From the sequence record SRR31156797_2770: a stretch of DNA of 64,000 bases; one strand, written 5' to 3'. The position numbers and the translations under genes are program-made. Each line of letters opens with the position of its first letter. Position 1 is the first letter of the stretch. The notes under the pieces were generated by a model. That model had not been told where the DNA came from. It searched no databases and saw only the letters and a program-made list of their open reading frames with translations. Below are positions 10,406-21,658 of the stretch, piece after piece.

Positions 10406-10667
10406 TCTTTCTCCTCCTAATAATTGCTTCATTGTTCATCTTAACTGAAAAAGAGGGCAATGAAAAGTCTTTCTCTCAAAGTCCTTTACCAAAAAAGAAA
10501 CTTTTAGGCAAATCTGTTCGTTTTCCCTTATTATCGCTGGTTCAATACAAATACCAACTGGCATTTTCTCGCACACTTCTTTCGATAACAGATAGGGTGC
10601 TACCCAAGCGCCTTGTTTTTTGCTATAATTACACGGAATCTATTCTAATTTATTGAGGTGACTCTTT

Positions 10668-13070
10668 TTGTCCCAGAAAACGAAAAATCAAAAGAATACA
10701 GAAAACAAAAATAGAGGCTGGTTCTATTTCAATATCAGTCTTAGGGTTTTACATGCCTTGTTCTTAGTGGCTATTTCTTTACTGGTGCTAGGCGGTTCTT
10801 TAGCTTTAGGGATCGGTGCCGGCTACTTTGCTTTTCTTGTGGAAGATACCGCAGCTCCTTCTAAAGATGAGTTGCAGAAAGAACTGACCGACATCACAGA
10901 GACTTCTCAACTCGCATACGCTGATGGCAGTAAAATCGCAACGATTCGCTCAGATCTGATGCGAACGTCGGTTAATTCCGATCAAATTTCAGACTACTTG
11001 AAAAAAGCGATCATCGCAACAGAGGACGAATATTTTAATATTCATAATGGCGTCGTACCAAAAGCAGTCGTGCGGGCGTTATTATCCGAAGCGACAGGCT
11101 TTGGCGGCAGCGGGGGTTCCACTTTGACCCAGCAGCTGGTGAAACAACAAATCCTTTCCAGTGAAACGACCTTCAAACGCAAAGCCAATGAGATTTTATT
11201 AGCCATGGAAGTGGAGAAATTTTTCGATAAAGATGAGATCGTCACCATGTATCTAAACATCTCCCCTTTTGGCCGGAACAATAAAGGGCAAAATATCGCA
11301 GGTGTGCAAGAAGCGGCGCAAGGAATTTTTGGCGTTAACGCAGCTGACCTGTCTTTACCGCAAGCAGCCTTTATTGCGGGTCTGCCACAAAGCCCGATCG
11401 TCTACAGCCCTTATACAAATACGGGCGAGATCAAGGAAAACTTGACCGCTGGCTTAGAGCGGAAAGACTTCGTGCTCTTCAGTATGTATCGTAACCACGA
11501 TATTACGAAAGAAGAATACGAAGAGGCGCTTAATTATGACTTGAAGCAAGACTTCAAAAAACAAGAAGCCATTGAACAAACGGATCAAAGCTTCCTTTAT
11601 TACACTGTGTTAAATGAAGCAAAAGACATTATTGCCAAACAGCTGGCAGATGAAGATGATGTCAGTGACGAAGAATATGCCAAAGACGAAACCTACCAAA
11701 AATACTTCGAATTGGCGCAGCAAAAACTGGTTAATGGTGGCTATACCGTCACATCAACGATCGATAAAGATATTTATAATGCAATGCAAGATGCCGTCGA
11801 TAAATACGGCTATATGTTAGACAACTGGGGCGACTCCACCATCGAAGTCGGCAACGTCATGATGGACAATGCCACCGGGAAAGTATTAGGCTTTATTGGT
11901 GGTCGTAACTATGCTGACAATCAATTCAACCATGCCTTTGATGCTAAACGCCAAGCAGGTTCAAGTATCAAACCAATGCTGGTTTACGGACCGGCGATCG
12001 AAAGTGGCTTGATGGGCTCTGAATCAATGGTTTCTGATTATGCCGCAAAATGGCGGACAGGAGAAAACGCCGGTGAGCCGATCGTCAATGCCACAAACCG
12101 TGGAACCAATACTTTTATGTCGATTCGCGAATCATTGGAAGTATCCAGTAATATCGCAGCGACAAATATTTTCCAAGATCTGTGGGAAAAAGAAGGCGAT
12201 CATTTTTATGCCTATTCAAATTATTTGAGCAAAATGGGCTATCCTGAAGATAACAGCTGGGCATATGAATCAGCGCCATTAGGGGTTACCGATGTCACAG
12301 TGTTGAATCAAACAAATGGCTTCCAAACATTTGCCAATAACGGTGTCTATCAGCAAGGCTACATCATCGAATCAATCAAGGATAATGAAGGCGAAGTGCT
12401 TTATCAGCATGAAGCCAAACCGGTCCAAGTCTTTTCTGAAGCGACAGCTTCCATCATGACCGACATGATGCGTAGTGTTATCGATGAGCAAAAAACCAGT
12501 TCCTTTAAATCGGTTATCAGCGGATTAGATTGGAACCTCGGGAATGCCGATTGGGTCGGTAAAACTGGGTCTACCAATAATTGGTCTGACTCTTGGCTAG
12601 TCGTTTCCACCCCATCGATCACAATCAGCAGCTGGTCAGGGCGGGATGACAATAAAGCTACCGATAGTGCAGCAGGAACTCGGACAGCCAATTACATGGC
12701 TTACTTGATCAATCGTATCTATCAAACAAACCAAGAAGTCTTTGGTGTAAATCAGAAGTTTGAACTTTCTAGTGATGTCAAAAAAGCTCAAGTTTCCAAG
12801 TTTACTGGTACCCAACCAGGAGGAACCGTGCGAGTCGATAATCGAACCTATACGAATCCAAGTAGTACCGTTACTTCTTATTGGGCAACTGGCGGACCAG
12901 ATACGGTCGATTTCAAATTTGGACTCGGTGGTTCAGATGCAAACTATGCTGACTATTGGAAAAAAGCATCTTCTAGCCGTTCAACAAATCGTTCGTCGAA
13001 TACATCATCGAATAACGCATCCAACAATGTTACACCTACTGCAAATGATGACGACGAGGACGAGCAATAA
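10668..13070 (+). CDS. pbpZ: Class A penicillin-binding protein (PBP1B-type)
   Basis: GT motifs EDEYFNIHNG and GGSTLTQQL; TP motifs SSIK, SSN, KTG; symbol inferred from its position between tyrS and ccpA. Confidence 0.85.
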   Translation: MSQKTKNQKNTENKNRGWFYFNISLRVLHALFLVAISLLVLGGSLALGIGAGYFAFLVEDTAAPSKDELQKELTDITETSQLAYADGSKIATIRSDLMRTSVNSDQISDYLKKAIIATEDEYFNIHNGVVPKAVVRALLSEATGFGGSGGSTLTQQLVKQQILSSETTFKRKANEILLAMEVEKFFDKDEIVTMYLNISPFGRNNKGQNIAGVQEAAQGIFGVNAADLSLPQAAFIAGLPQSPIVYSPYTNTGEIKENLTAGLERKDFVLFSMYRNHDITKEEYEEALNYDLKQDFKKQEAIEQTDQSFLYYTVLNEAKDIIAKQLADEDDVSDEEYAKDETYQKYFELAQQKLVNGGYTVTSTIDKDIYNAMQDAVDKYGYMLDNWGDSTIEVGNVMMDNATGKVLGFIGGRNYADNQFNHAFDAKRQAGSSIKPMLVYGPAIESGLMGSESMVSDYAAKWRTGENAGEPIVNATNRGTNTFMSIRESLEVSSNIAATNIFQDLWEKEGDHFYAYSNYLSKMGYPEDNSWAYESAPLGVTDVTVLNQTNGFQTFANNGVYQQGYIIESIKDNEGEVLYQHEAKPVQVFSEATASIMTDMMRSVIDEQKTSSFKSVISGLDWNLGNADWVGKTGSTNNWSDSWLVVSTPSITISSWSGRDDNKATDSAAGTRTANYMAYLINRIYQTNQEVFGVNQKFELSSDVKKAQVSKFTGTQPGGTVRVDNRTYTNPSSTVTSYWATGGPDTVDFKFGLGGSDANYADYWKKASSSRSTNRSSNTSSNNASNNVTPTANDDDEDEQ

Positions 13071-13101
13071 AATAACCAACCTAATACAAATGATGATGAT
13101 G

Positions 13102-13132
13102 ACTGATCAGCCTTGTGCTGATCAGTTTTTTT
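13102..13132 (+). terminator. Terminator of the PBP gene
   Basis: ACTGATCAG-loop-CTGATCAGT + T-run. Confidence 0.75.
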
Positions 13133-13136
13133 ATAC

Positions 13137-13179
13137 AAAAAAAGTGTGGGTAGAAAATCCATAGATTTTCTACCCACAC
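13137..13179 (-). terminator. Terminator of ccpA
   Basis: GTGTGGGTAGAAAATC/GATTTTCTACCCACAC stem + T-run on minus strand. Confidence 0.8.
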
Positions 13180-13248
13180 GAACGATCGTTGAAGCAAAAA
13201 GTGGAACAACAAAGCGTTGCTCCACTAGTCTTTTTATTAAATCGCTGC

Positions 13249-14247
13249 TTATTTCGTAGAGCTTTTTTCTGAAATACCGTAAGGCAAGACGATCGTTTTT
13301 TGTTCTACATCTTCTTTGTTCATCATTTTAGTTAATAGACGCATCGCAACGGCACCCATATCATACAATGGTTGCGTCACACTTGATAAGCGTGGACGAG
13401 CTGCTTCAGCCAATAATGAGTTGTTGCTGGTGATGATCTCGAAATCCTCAGGAACTTTAACGCCTTTGTCTAACAAACCATCTAAGACGCCGATGGCTAA
13501 CTCATCGTCTGTAACATAAGCTGCTGTTGCACCACTGTTGATGATGCGATCAACTAATGCTAAGCCTTCTTTAAAGCTGTATGGTGATTCAAAGATCAAC
13601 CCTTCAGAATAGTCAAGGTTGTTTTCTTTCAAGGCTTCTTTATAGCCTTTCAAGCGGTTTTGGCCATTGATTGGATCGATCAAAGCACCGCTGACAAAAG
13701 CGATTTTTTGATTGTTTTTCGCCAATAATGAAACAGCATCTTTGGCAGCTGCTGTGTAATCGATATTGACACTTCCTACTTGTTCATCAGGATCGATCGA
13801 ACCAGCTAAAACGACTGGTGTTTTTGAGCGAGAGAATTCCCCGCGAATTTCATCCGTGATGCGATGACCCATGAAGATAACGCCGTCCACTTGTTTTGCT
13901 AACAAGTTGTTCAATACGTTGACTTCTTTCATCGTATCGCCATCAGAGTTGGCTAAGATGATATTGTATTTATACATGGTCGCTACATCATCGATCCCAC
14001 GAGCAAGTGATGAGAAGAACATATTGCTGACATCAGGAATGATAACACCAACAGTTGTGGTCTTTTTACTTGCCAACCCTCGAGCAACTGCGTTTGGACG
14101 ATAATCCAAGCGGTCGATCACTTCCAGCACTTTCTTACGAGTTGCTGGTTTTACATTTGGATTTCCGTTGACTACCCGCGAAACAGTTGCCATCGATACA
14201 TTCGCTTCCCGTGCAACATCATAAATCGTAATTGTTTGTTTTTCCAT
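13249..14247 (-). CDS. ccpA: Catabolite control protein A
   Basis: TIYDVAREANVSMATVSRVVNGN, YRPNAVARGLASKKTTT; divergent from pepQ. Confidence 0.97.
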   Translation of the reverse strand: MEKQTITIYDVAREANVSMATVSRVVNGNPNVKPATRKKVLEVIDRLDYRPNAVARGLASKKTTTVGVIIPDVSNMFFSSLARGIDDVATMYKYNIILANSDGDTMKEVNVLNNLLAKQVDGVIFMGHRITDEIRGEFSRSKTPVVLAGSIDPDEQVGSVNIDYTAAAKDAVSLLAKNNQKIAFVSGALIDPINGQNRLKGYKEALKENNLDYSEGLIFESPYSFKEGLALVDRIINSGATAAYVTDDELAIGVLDGLLDKGVKVPEDFEIITSNNSLLAEAARPRLSSVTQPLYDMGAVAMRLLTKMMNKEDVEQKTIVLPYGISEKSSTK

Positions 14248-14265
14248 GATATATCTCCCTTATTC

Positions 14266-14280
14266 TATTTTCAGAAAATC
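14266..14280. promoter_or_regulatory. Putative CodY box
   Basis: TATTTTCAGAAAATC, 13/15 to AATTTTCWGAAAATT. Confidence 0.5.
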
Positions 14281-14323
14281 TTATTTACATTTCTTTGTTA
14301 GGATAGCAAATTTTTTCTGGATT

Positions 14324-14337
14324 TGCAACCGTTTTAA
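14324..14337. promoter_or_regulatory. Putative cre site in the ccpA-pepQ intergenic region
   Basis: TGCAACCGTTTTAA resembles TGWNANCGNTNWCA. Confidence 0.5.
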
Positions 14338-14441
14338 TTTTGTTTTCATGAAAACTTAGCAATTTCCTACTTTCCCCTCCCCTATTCTCTTCGAAAGCAT
14401 GATAAAATAGAAAAAGAATACTTGAAAGAAGGTTTTATCAA

Positions 14442-15542
14442 ATGAATGATAAAAAAATCAATGAGTTAAATGCCTGGTTGAAAACCAATGGCGCCGATGT
14501 TACCTATATTTCTAATCCAGCAACGATCGCTTATTTTTCTGGTTTTAAAAGTGAACCTCATGAACGGGTCCTTGCTTTGTTCGTCGCACCTGGAAAAGAT
14601 CCCTTTCTTTTCACACCAGCTCTGGAAGTAGAAGAAGCAAAAAATAGCGGCTGGCCCTTTGACATTATCGGTTATCTCGATAGTGAAGACCCTTGGGCGA
14701 AAATCTGCCAAGAATTGACCTCTCGTTACGAGGTTTCTTCCTTGGCATTAGAAAAAAATGACCTTTCCGTCGAGCGCTATGAAGCATTGAAACGGTTCTT
14801 GCCAAAAACCGATTTTTCTTTAGATGTGACCCCGGTGATTCAAAAAATGCAATTAACAAAAACCGCGTCTGAGATTGACACCTTACTAGAAGCTGGCAAC
14901 TGGGCAGATGTTGCTTTTGAGGTTGGGTTTGCTGCCATCAAAGAAGGCGTTAGCGAAATGGAAATCGTGGCAGAAATTGAGTACGAGTTGAAAAAACGTG
15001 GGGTTTCCCATATGTCCTTCGATACGACCGTATTAGCTGGTGCCAATGCAGCAAGTCCTCATGGCGTACCTGGGGATCGCAAAGTGACTGCTAATGAACT
15101 CGTCTTATTTGATTTAGGAGTCATCTGGAAAGGGTATTGCAGCGATGCAACCAGAACGGTTGCCTATAAAGAACCGACTGCATTACAAAGAAAAATTTAT
15201 GACATCGTTCTTGAAGCAGAACTAGCGGCTCAAGCAGCGGTCAAACCTGGGATCACCGCTGGAGAATTAGACAAGATCGCTCGTGATGTGATTACGGGTT
15301 ATGGCTATGGCGACTACTTCAACCATCGTTTAGGTCATGGCATCGGGACCACGGTTCATGAGTTCCCCTCTTTGATCACTGGCAATGATTTAGTGATTGA
15401 AGAAGGCATGTGCTTCTCTATCGAACCAGGGATTTATTTGCCAGATCAAGTCGGTGTTCGTATTGAAGATTGCATCTATGTCACTGCAGATGGCTGTGTA
15501 CCATTTACCAAAACAAAAAAAGAATTGTTGATTTTATCTTGA
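14442..15542 (+). CDS. pepQ: Xaa-Pro dipeptidase (M24)
   Basis: DLG, SDATRT, HRLGHGIG, EPGIY, GVRIED. Confidence 0.93.
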   Translation: MNDKKINELNAWLKTNGADVTYISNPATIAYFSGFKSEPHERVLALFVAPGKDPFLFTPALEVEEAKNSGWPFDIIGYLDSEDPWAKICQELTSRYEVSSLALEKNDLSVERYEALKRFLPKTDFSLDVTPVIQKMQLTKTASEIDTLLEAGNWADVAFEVGFAAIKEGVSEMEIVAEIEYELKKRGVSHMSFDTTVLAGANAASPHGVPGDRKVTANELVLFDLGVIWKGYCSDATRTVAYKEPTALQRKIYDIVLEAELAAQAAVKPGITAGELDKIARDVITGYGYGDYFNHRLGHGIGTTVHEFPSLITGNDLVIEEGMCFSIEPGIYLPDQVGVRIEDCIYVTADGCVPFTKTKKELLILS

Positions 15543-15596
15543 TTCTTTTAATGAAACGGCGCAATATGTTGTAATTACATGAAAAGGAGTGTTCTT

Positions 15597-16475
15597 ATGA
15601 GTAAAAAAGTGTTAGTTTTAGGCGGCACGCGTTTTTTCGGTAAATATTTGGTCCAATCTTTAGTGGATCAAGGCTGTGATGTCACGATCGCTACCAGAGG
15701 GAAGACGACTGATTCTTTTGGCGATCAAGTCAACCGACTTGTCTTTGATCGCACGGATGAAGAAAGTATCAAAACGACGTTGACACAAGAAACCTATGAT
15801 GTTATTTACGACAATATTGCTTATACTTCCAACGACATTGAGATTCTACTGCGTCATGTCACACCCAAACGCTACATTGTCACTAGTTCGATGTCTGCCT
15901 ATCATGAACTGCACTTCGATTTGAAAGAAACGGATTTTGACCCTGCCAAAGAAGCGGTCAAAATTGTCTGCTCTGAGGAAGTCAATTATGCTGAAGGCAA
16001 ACGAACCGTTGAAGAGATTCTTACCCAAAACTACAGTCAGATTCCGTCCGTTTTTGTCCGCTTTCCTTACGTGATCGGTGCAGATGATTATACAAAACGT
16101 TTTGCCTTTTACATCGACCATCTGATAAAGCAAAAGCCAATGGCTGTCGATAATCTAACGCATCAAATGGGCTTTGTGGATGCCCAAGAAGCTGGCCAAT
16201 TTTTAGCGTTTTTAGGTACCAGCTCTTTCACAGGACCCATCAACGGTGCGTCAAAAGGCACGATTTCTTTAGAAGAAGTGCTGCAATACGTAACGGAAAA
16301 AACCGGTCTTTCCCCTCTCTTTTCAGAAACAGGTGATCAAGGCCCTTACAATGGTACACCTGTTTATTCGATCAGCGTTGCTCTCGCTGAGGGAATTGGG
16401 TTTCCATTCAGTCAACTGCGGGATTGGATCTATCAACTTTGCGATTGGGAAATCACCCAAGCATCAAACGAATAG
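15597..16475 (+). CDS. NAD-dependent epimerase/dehydratase-family protein
   Basis: VLVLGGTRFFG Rossmann motif, YAEGK; ATG at 15597 after AAGGAG. Confidence 0.8.
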   Translation: MSKKVLVLGGTRFFGKYLVQSLVDQGCDVTIATRGKTTDSFGDQVNRLVFDRTDEESIKTTLTQETYDVIYDNIAYTSNDIEILLRHVTPKRYIVTSSMSAYHELHFDLKETDFDPAKEAVKIVCSEEVNYAEGKRTVEEILTQNYSQIPSVFVRFPYVIGADDYTKRFAFYIDHLIKQKPMAVDNLTHQMGFVDAQEAGQFLAFLGTSSFTGPINGASKGTISLEEVLQYVTEKTGLSPLFSETGDQGPYNGTPVYSISVALAEGIGFPFSQLRDWIYQLCDWEITQASNE

Positions 16476-16488
16476 CTACTGAAGTCAC

Positions 16489-16524
16489 AAAAAACGTTCG
16501 CCGATTTAACTGGCGAACGTTTTT
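16489..16524. terminator. Bidirectional terminator
   Basis: AAAAACGTTCGCC-loop-GGCGAACGTTTTT between convergent genes. Confidence 0.8.
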
Positions 16525-16557
16525 ATCTTTTAAAGTAATCAAATTTTGTATCCTTGC

Positions 16558-17238
16558 TTATGCTTCAGGATTGTTTTTTTCTAATGTATCTTTTAATTCT
16601 TCTTTTGCATCTTCCAAGTCAGCTTTAGCTTCTTTTGTTTCTGCTTTCGCTGTTTTTTTGGCATCATCCGCTGCTTTTCCAGCTTCTTTTTTCAAATCAG
16701 CTGCGGCTGCTTGACCGTCTTTTTTGGCTTCTTCAACTACAGGTTTTGCTTCTTGTGCCCCTTCTTTGACGGTTTGTTTCATATCCGCTGCAGAAGATTT
16801 TGCATCAATGATGATATCTTGGACTGTATCATCTGCATCTTCTTTGGCATCTTTCGCTGTTTCTTTCACATCGCTTGCTGATTTTTTGAAGCGTTCTGAT
16901 AGATCACCTGCTTGTTTCTTTAACTCTTCAACGGTTTCTTCTGATGAACCAGCTGCTGTTTCTTTTAAGTCATCGACTTTCGCTGTTAAAGAACCGGTAA
17001 AGTCAGATGCTTGCTCGCTTAATTTTGCTGCTTTATCTTTAGCGATATCGACAAGATCCGTACTTCTTTCTTTGGCTAAATCACCATAATCAGATGCTTT
17101 ATCTAATAAATCGTCTGCTTGTTTTGCTAATTTATTTCTTAATGTTTTACCAGATTCTGGCGCCAACAAAAGTGCTGCTGCTGCTGCCGCTGTTCCTCCG
17201 ATGATTGCTCCTAATAAAAATCCGCCTTTTTTACTCAT
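16558..17238 (-). CDS. ytxH: YtxH-domain general stress protein with long K/A/E/D-rich tail
   Basis: GFLLGAIIGGTAAAAAALLLAPESGKTLR signature. Confidence 0.85.
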   Translation of the reverse strand: MSKKGGFLLGAIIGGTAAAAAALLLAPESGKTLRNKLAKQADDLLDKASDYGDLAKERSTDLVDIAKDKAAKLSEQASDFTGSLTAKVDDLKETAAGSSEETVEELKKQAGDLSERFKKSASDVKETAKDAKEDADDTVQDIIIDAKSSAADMKQTVKEGAQEAKPVVEEAKKDGQAAAADLKKEAGKAADDAKKTAKAETKEAKADLEDAKEELKDTLEKNNPEA

Positions 17239-17252
17239 TGAAAGTCCTCCTT

Positions 17253-17678
17253 TTATTTTTGGTTATTTTTGTCTTTGAAAAATTTCATGGCTGTTTGACC
17301 GACTTTTCCAGCTACCGTTGCTTTGGCAGTGGTCCGGCCAAGACTACCCACGCGCGTAATTAAATTTTTTCCAGAAACATTTAGTTCTGAAACACTGGTA
17401 CTTAGATCTGCAACTGCTGTGAACAAAGGATCGATGGTTGCGACTTTTCCGTTCACATCTTGTAAAAGCTCATTCGTTTTTACCAAAAGACCTTCAACCT
17501 CTTTTGAAAGAATATCAACGTCTTTGGTAATGACACGGATGGTTGTGTTTGCTTCTTCGACCGTTTTGTCTACTTTGGTCATTGTCTTGCTGACTTGCAT
17601 CAACAAACGAACGACGAAAATGACCAATACGACAAATGCGATCGCAGCAATCAATGCAGCTAGTTCTCCTCCTGACAT
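17253..17678 (-). CDS. ytxG: DUF948 / YtxG-family protein
   Basis: N-terminal TM AALIAAIAF then coiled coil; precedes ytxH. Confidence 0.8.
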   Translation of the reverse strand: MSGGELAALIAAIAFVVLVIFVVRLLMQVSKTMTKVDKTVEEANTTIRVITKDVDILSKEVEGLLVKTNELLQDVNGKVATIDPLFTAVADLSTSVSELNVSGKNLITRVGSLGRTTAKATVAGKVGQTAMKFFKDKNNQK

Positions 17679-17763
17679 AGAATGGCTCCTTTCCCCATTT
17701 ACTTATATTAAGAATAGCATTTCACTGCACTTTCTACAAATAAAAGACTGCATTTTTAAGAAA

Positions 17764-17777
17764 ATTATCCGCTTTCA
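17764..17777. promoter_or_regulatory. Putative cre site upstream of ytxGH
   Basis: Minus strand TGAAAGCGGATAAT. Confidence 0.45.
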
Positions 17778-17838
17778 ACAGGAAATAATAAAAAAACAAA
17801 GCAATTTCATCAGAAATTGCCTTGTTTAGGAGTTTTTG

Positions 17839-18756
17839 TTATTTTTTTGACTCTTTCGGTGCTTCTTTGACTTCTTTTTGAGCCGGAGCTAGTTCTTTTC
17901 CTAACTCGATCAAATACTCTTTCAAGTTGTCCTTGACTTCAGGGTGTACTAAACCATACTCAATACTTGTTTTTAAGAAACCAAATTTGTCTCCTACATC
18001 GTAACGCTTGCCGGTAAATTGATGAGCAAACACGCGTTGGGTTTTGTTTAATGTGTCGATGGCATCCGTCAATTGGATCTCGCCGCCAGCACCAGGTTCC
18101 TGATTGGCTAAAATATCAAAAATTTCAGGGGTCAGCAAGTAGCGACCAATAATTGCTAAATCACTTGGCGCATTTTCTGGCGCTGGTTTTTCAACAAAGT
18201 TTTTGACATTGAACAAACCTTTTTCAACTTCCATACCAGGATCAATGATTCCGTATTTTGATGTATCTTCATGAGGAACATCCATGACAGCGATCGTTGA
18301 TGCATGCGTTTTTTCATAATTATCGATCAGCTGTTTCGTCAATGGCACTTGATCTTCCATCAAGTCATCACCTAGCATGACTACAAACGGTTCATTTCCG
18401 ACAAATGCCCGAGCCTGTAATACGGCATGGCCTAATCCTTTCGGATGAGATTGGCGAATGAAATGCAGATTTACGTCAGTTGTTTCTTCCACTAATTTCA
18501 AAAGCTCTGTCTTGCCTTTTTCTTTTAGATTCATCTCTAATTCTAAATTGGCATCGAAATGGTCTTCGATCGGACGCTTTGCTTTTCCTGTTACGATCAA
18601 AATATCTTCGATCCCTGATTGTAAAGCTTCTTCCACGATAAATTGGATCGTTGGTTTGTCAACGATCGGCAACATTTCCTTTGCCATTGCCTTTGTAGCT
18701 GGTAAAAATCGGGTACCTAGACCGGCTGCTGGGATAACTGCTTTTTTGACATTCAT
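17839..18756 (-). CDS. galU: UTP--glucose-1-phosphate uridylyltransferase
   Basis: [32 protein letters not shown] at 18756. Confidence 0.97.
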   Translation of the reverse strand: MNVKKAVIPAAGLGTRFLPATKAMAKEMLPIVDKPTIQFIVEEALQSGIEDILIVTGKAKRPIEDHFDANLELEMNLKEKGKTELLKLVEETTDVNLHFIRQSHPKGLGHAVLQARAFVGNEPFVVMLGDDLMEDQVPLTKQLIDNYEKTHASTIAVMDVPHEDTSKYGIIDPGMEVEKGLFNVKNFVEKPAPENAPSDLAIIGRYLLTPEIFDILANQEPGAGGEIQLTDAIDTLNKTQRVFAHQFTGKRYDVGDKFGFLKTSIEYGLVHPEVKDNLKEYLIELGKELAPAQKEVKEAPKESKK

Positions 18757-18773
18757 GTGACTCGCTCCTTTAA

Positions 18774-19802
18774 TCATAATGATTGATCTACCGTAAATTC
18801 GTTTTCTTCTTTGCCGTCTCGCAGCATAATATCTTTAGCTGCTTGCTTGATGTCTTTGCCTTCATACAAGACCGAATAAATCGTTTCTGTGATTGGCATT
18901 TCCACTGACAAAGCTTCTGCTAATTCGCGGGCAGCTTTGGTGGTTGAAACTCCTTCAACGATCATGCCCATATTGTCTAACACTTCGTCTAAGCTATGGC
19001 CTTTTCCTAATAGGTTTCCGGCACGCCAATTCCGCGAATGGACACTGGTACACGTGACGATCAAATCGCCAACACCACTCAATCCGATAAAGGTTAATGG
19101 ATTTGCACCCATTGCCACACCGAGACGACTGATTTCTGCTAACCCACGGGTCATGATCGCAGCCTTCGCATCATCCCCAAAGCCCAGTCCAGCAATCGCT
19201 CCGGCACCAATAGCGATGATGTTTTTCAGCGCGGCGCCAGTTTCGACACCGATCACATCGTTATTGGTGTAGATTCTAAAGTAATCATTCATAAATAGCT
19301 CTTGTACATATTTAGCAGCCGATTCATTTTCTGAAGCTGCCGTGATCGTGGTAATATCATGGACAGCGACTTCTTCGGCATGTGATGGTCCTGACAGGAC
19401 AACGATTTCTTGCCGTTTATCTGCTGGGATCTCTTCGGCAAGTACTTCTGAGATTCGTTTATGACTGCCTTGTTCTAATCCTTTTGAGGCATGGATGATG
19501 ACTGGTTTACCGGTTGTCTTCTTAGTGAATTCTTGTGCCACGGCACGAATCGCTTTGGTTGGTACTACAAACAAGACAGCATCTGCCCCTTGGATCGCCT
19601 CTTCTAGATTTTTGCAGCCTAAAATATTTTCAGGTAATTTCAAATCAGGCAAATAATGCCGATTGGTATGATACGTATTGATTTCATCGATTTGGGCGGG
19701 ATTGTTGCCCCAAATAGTCACTTCATGTCCGTTTTCAGACAAGACTTGTGCCAAAGCAGTCCCCCATGATCCGGGACCTAAAACGGCGATTTTCTGTTTC
19801 AC
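18774..19802 (-). CDS. gpsA: NAD(P)H-dependent glycerol-3-phosphate dehydrogenase
   Basis: [33 protein letters not shown]; likely GTG at 19802. Confidence 0.95.
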   Translation of the reverse strand: MKQKIAVLGPGSWGTALAQVLSENGHEVTIWGNNPAQIDEINTYHTNRHYLPDLKLPENILGCKNLEEAIQGADAVLFVVPTKAIRAVAQEFTKKTTGKPVIIHASKGLEQGSHKRISEVLAEEIPADKRQEIVVLSGPSHAEEVAVHDITTITAASENESAAKYVQELFMNDYFRIYTNNDVIGVETGAALKNIIAIGAGAIAGLGFGDDAKAAIMTRGLAEISRLGVAMGANPLTFIGLSGVGDLIVTCTSVHSRNWRAGNLLGKGHSLDEVLDNMGMIVEGVSTTKAARELAEALSVEMPITETIYSVLYEGKDIKQAAKDIMLRDGKEENEFTVDQSL

Positions 19803-19877
19803 TATGGAAACCTCCTCTATCCTTTTCGCAAATTCATGCACTTTATCATTTTACCATAATTTCGATAAAATAACTGT

Positions 19878-20708
19878 TTAGATAATCGTTTGGTTTTTGC
19901 CAAAGCTGCGATTGTAGTCTTTTAAAGTTTGGTTTTTCCGACGCCAGATCAATAGCCCAATCGCTCCAAAGAATAATAAAGCGGAAAGTGCTTGTGACAC
20001 ACGGATATCCCCAAATAAGTATAAACTATCGGTGCGCATTCCTTCAATAAAGAAGCGTCCGAACCCATACCAAATTAAGTAGCTCAAGAAAACTTCGCCT
20101 TCTTTTAATAACCCAGTTTTCTTGCGCAAGAAAATCAAAACGATAAATCCGATCACATTCCAAACCGATTCATAAAGAAACGTCGGCTGCCGATACGCTT
20201 CGTCGATATACATATTATCGATAATAAATTTCGGTATATACAAACTTTCTAAGAAGGAGCGGCTGACTTCGGCTCCAAATGCTTCATGATTCATGAAGTT
20301 GCCCCAACGCCCGATGCCTTGTGCCAATAGGACACTTGGTGCAGCGATATCTAAAAAGGTCCAGGGAGAAATAAAATTTCGTTGGCAGAAAAAGTACAGC
20401 CAAATCCCCCCGGCAATCAATGCACCGTAGATAGCGATCCCACCAGACCGAATATTGAAAATTTGACTCGCGTCATCAATGTAGTATTGCAAGTCAAATA
20501 GAATATAATAAAGCCGCGCACCAATGATCGATACTGGCAATCCAATCAACATAAAATCAGTCACATCATCTGGCTTGAGCCCGACACGAACCGCCTCTCT
20601 CGTACTTAACCACATAGCAATGATCACGCCTGATACGATAATGATCGCATACCAATAAATCGGCAAACCAAATAATTCAAATGCGACTCGATTTACTAAA
20701 CCTAACAT
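19878..20708 (-). CDS. lgt: Prolipoprotein diacylglyceryl transferase
   Basis: IYWYA, GARLYY, GRWGNFMNHE, QPTFLYES. Confidence 0.96.
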   Translation of the reverse strand: MLGLVNRVAFELFGLPIYWYAIIIVSGVIIAMWLSTREAVRVGLKPDDVTDFMLIGLPVSIIGARLYYILFDLQYYIDDASQIFNIRSGGIAIYGALIAGGIWLYFFCQRNFISPWTFLDIAAPSVLLAQGIGRWGNFMNHEAFGAEVSRSFLESLYIPKFIIDNMYIDEAYRQPTFLYESVWNVIGFIVLIFLRKKTGLLKEGEVFLSYLIWYGFGRFFIEGMRTDSLYLFGDIRVSQALSALLFFGAIGLLIWRRKNQTLKDYNRSFGKNQTII

Positions 20709-20722
20709 CTATCTTATCCTCT

Positions 20723-21658
20723 CTAGTTTCCAGAATTTTCTTCGATCAATTGCGTCAATCGATTTTCAAAGGTCTTCGTTGCATCATAACCCATCGTTTT
20801 CGCCCGGAAATTCATGGCAGCAACTTCGATAATGATCGCAACATTTCGACCAGTTTTCACGGGGATTTTGATTTGTGGTACATCAACGCCACCAATTTCA
20901 ACCGTCGTATCATCGGTTCCTAGTCGATCATACTTTTTGTCTTTCGCCCAAGCTTCTAAATACACCGCTACTTGAACCTGCATATACCCTCGTACGGCAC
21001 TGGCACCAAAAAGATTCATGACATCGATGATCCCGATTCCCCGGATCTCGATCAAGTGTTGCAAGATTTTCGGCGGTTCCCCCACCAAAGTCAACTCATC
21101 TTGCTTATACACATCCACACGGTCATCAGCGATCAACCGATGCCCACGTTTGATCAACTCTAATGCTGTTTCGCTTTTACCAATTCCGCTATCGCCTTGG
21201 ATCAAAACGCCCAAGCCATAGACATCCACTAATACCCCATGGACACTGGTTCTTGTTGCTAAACGCCCATCGAGAAAACTAGAAAGCTCTCCTTGCAGAC
21301 GTGACGTTGAGATGGGCGAACGTAGAATCGTAATCTCATGTTCTTTGCAGGCTTGAATCATTTCTGCTGGTACTTCCAAGCCGCGAGAAACAATAAATCC
21401 CGGTGTATCATCGGCACACATTTTGCGCATCACCATCAAGCGTTCTTCTGGCATCATTCGTTCCGCAAAGGTGATCTCTTTGCTGCCGAATAATTGCAGA
21501 CGATCATGGGAATAGTAATTAAAATAACCCGTCAATTCCAAACCAGGTCGGGAAATATCGCCGGTAATGATTTCTCTTTCTAAACTGTTTTCAGTTCCTT
21601 CAACTATCTCTAAATTTAAAGCCTCCGCCAGCTCGCTGACTTTGACGGTTTCTGCCAT
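20723..21658 (-). CDS. hprK: HPr kinase/phosphorylase
   Basis: [31 protein letters not shown] at 21658. Confidence 0.97.
   Translation of the reverse strand: MAETVKVSELAEALNLEIVEGTENSLEREIITGDISRPGLELTGYFNYYSHDRLQLFGSKEITFAERMMPEERLMVMRKMCADDTPGFIVSRGLEVPAEMIQACKEHEITILRSPISTSRLQGELSSFLDGRLATRTSVHGVLVDVYGLGVLIQGDSGIGKSETALELIKRGHRLIADDRVDVYKQDELTLVGEPPKILQHLIEIRGIGIIDVMNLFGASAVRGYMQVQVAVYLEAWAKDKKYDRLGTDDTTVEIGGVDVPQIKIPVKTGRNVAIIIEVAAMNFRAKTMGYDATKTFENRLTQLIEENSGN

Noticed and set aside
10406-10660. T-box riboswitch upstream of tyrS (GGGTAGCACC on minus strand near 10596-10605)
   Set aside because: Imperfect match, no room for stem I before the divergent PBP gene, no following terminator, and it overlaps the PBP promoter
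16558-17100. Repetitive low-complexity DNA as a CRISPR or tandem array
   Set aside because: Coding repeats of the K/A/E/D-rich YtxH tail; no constant repeat-spacer pattern
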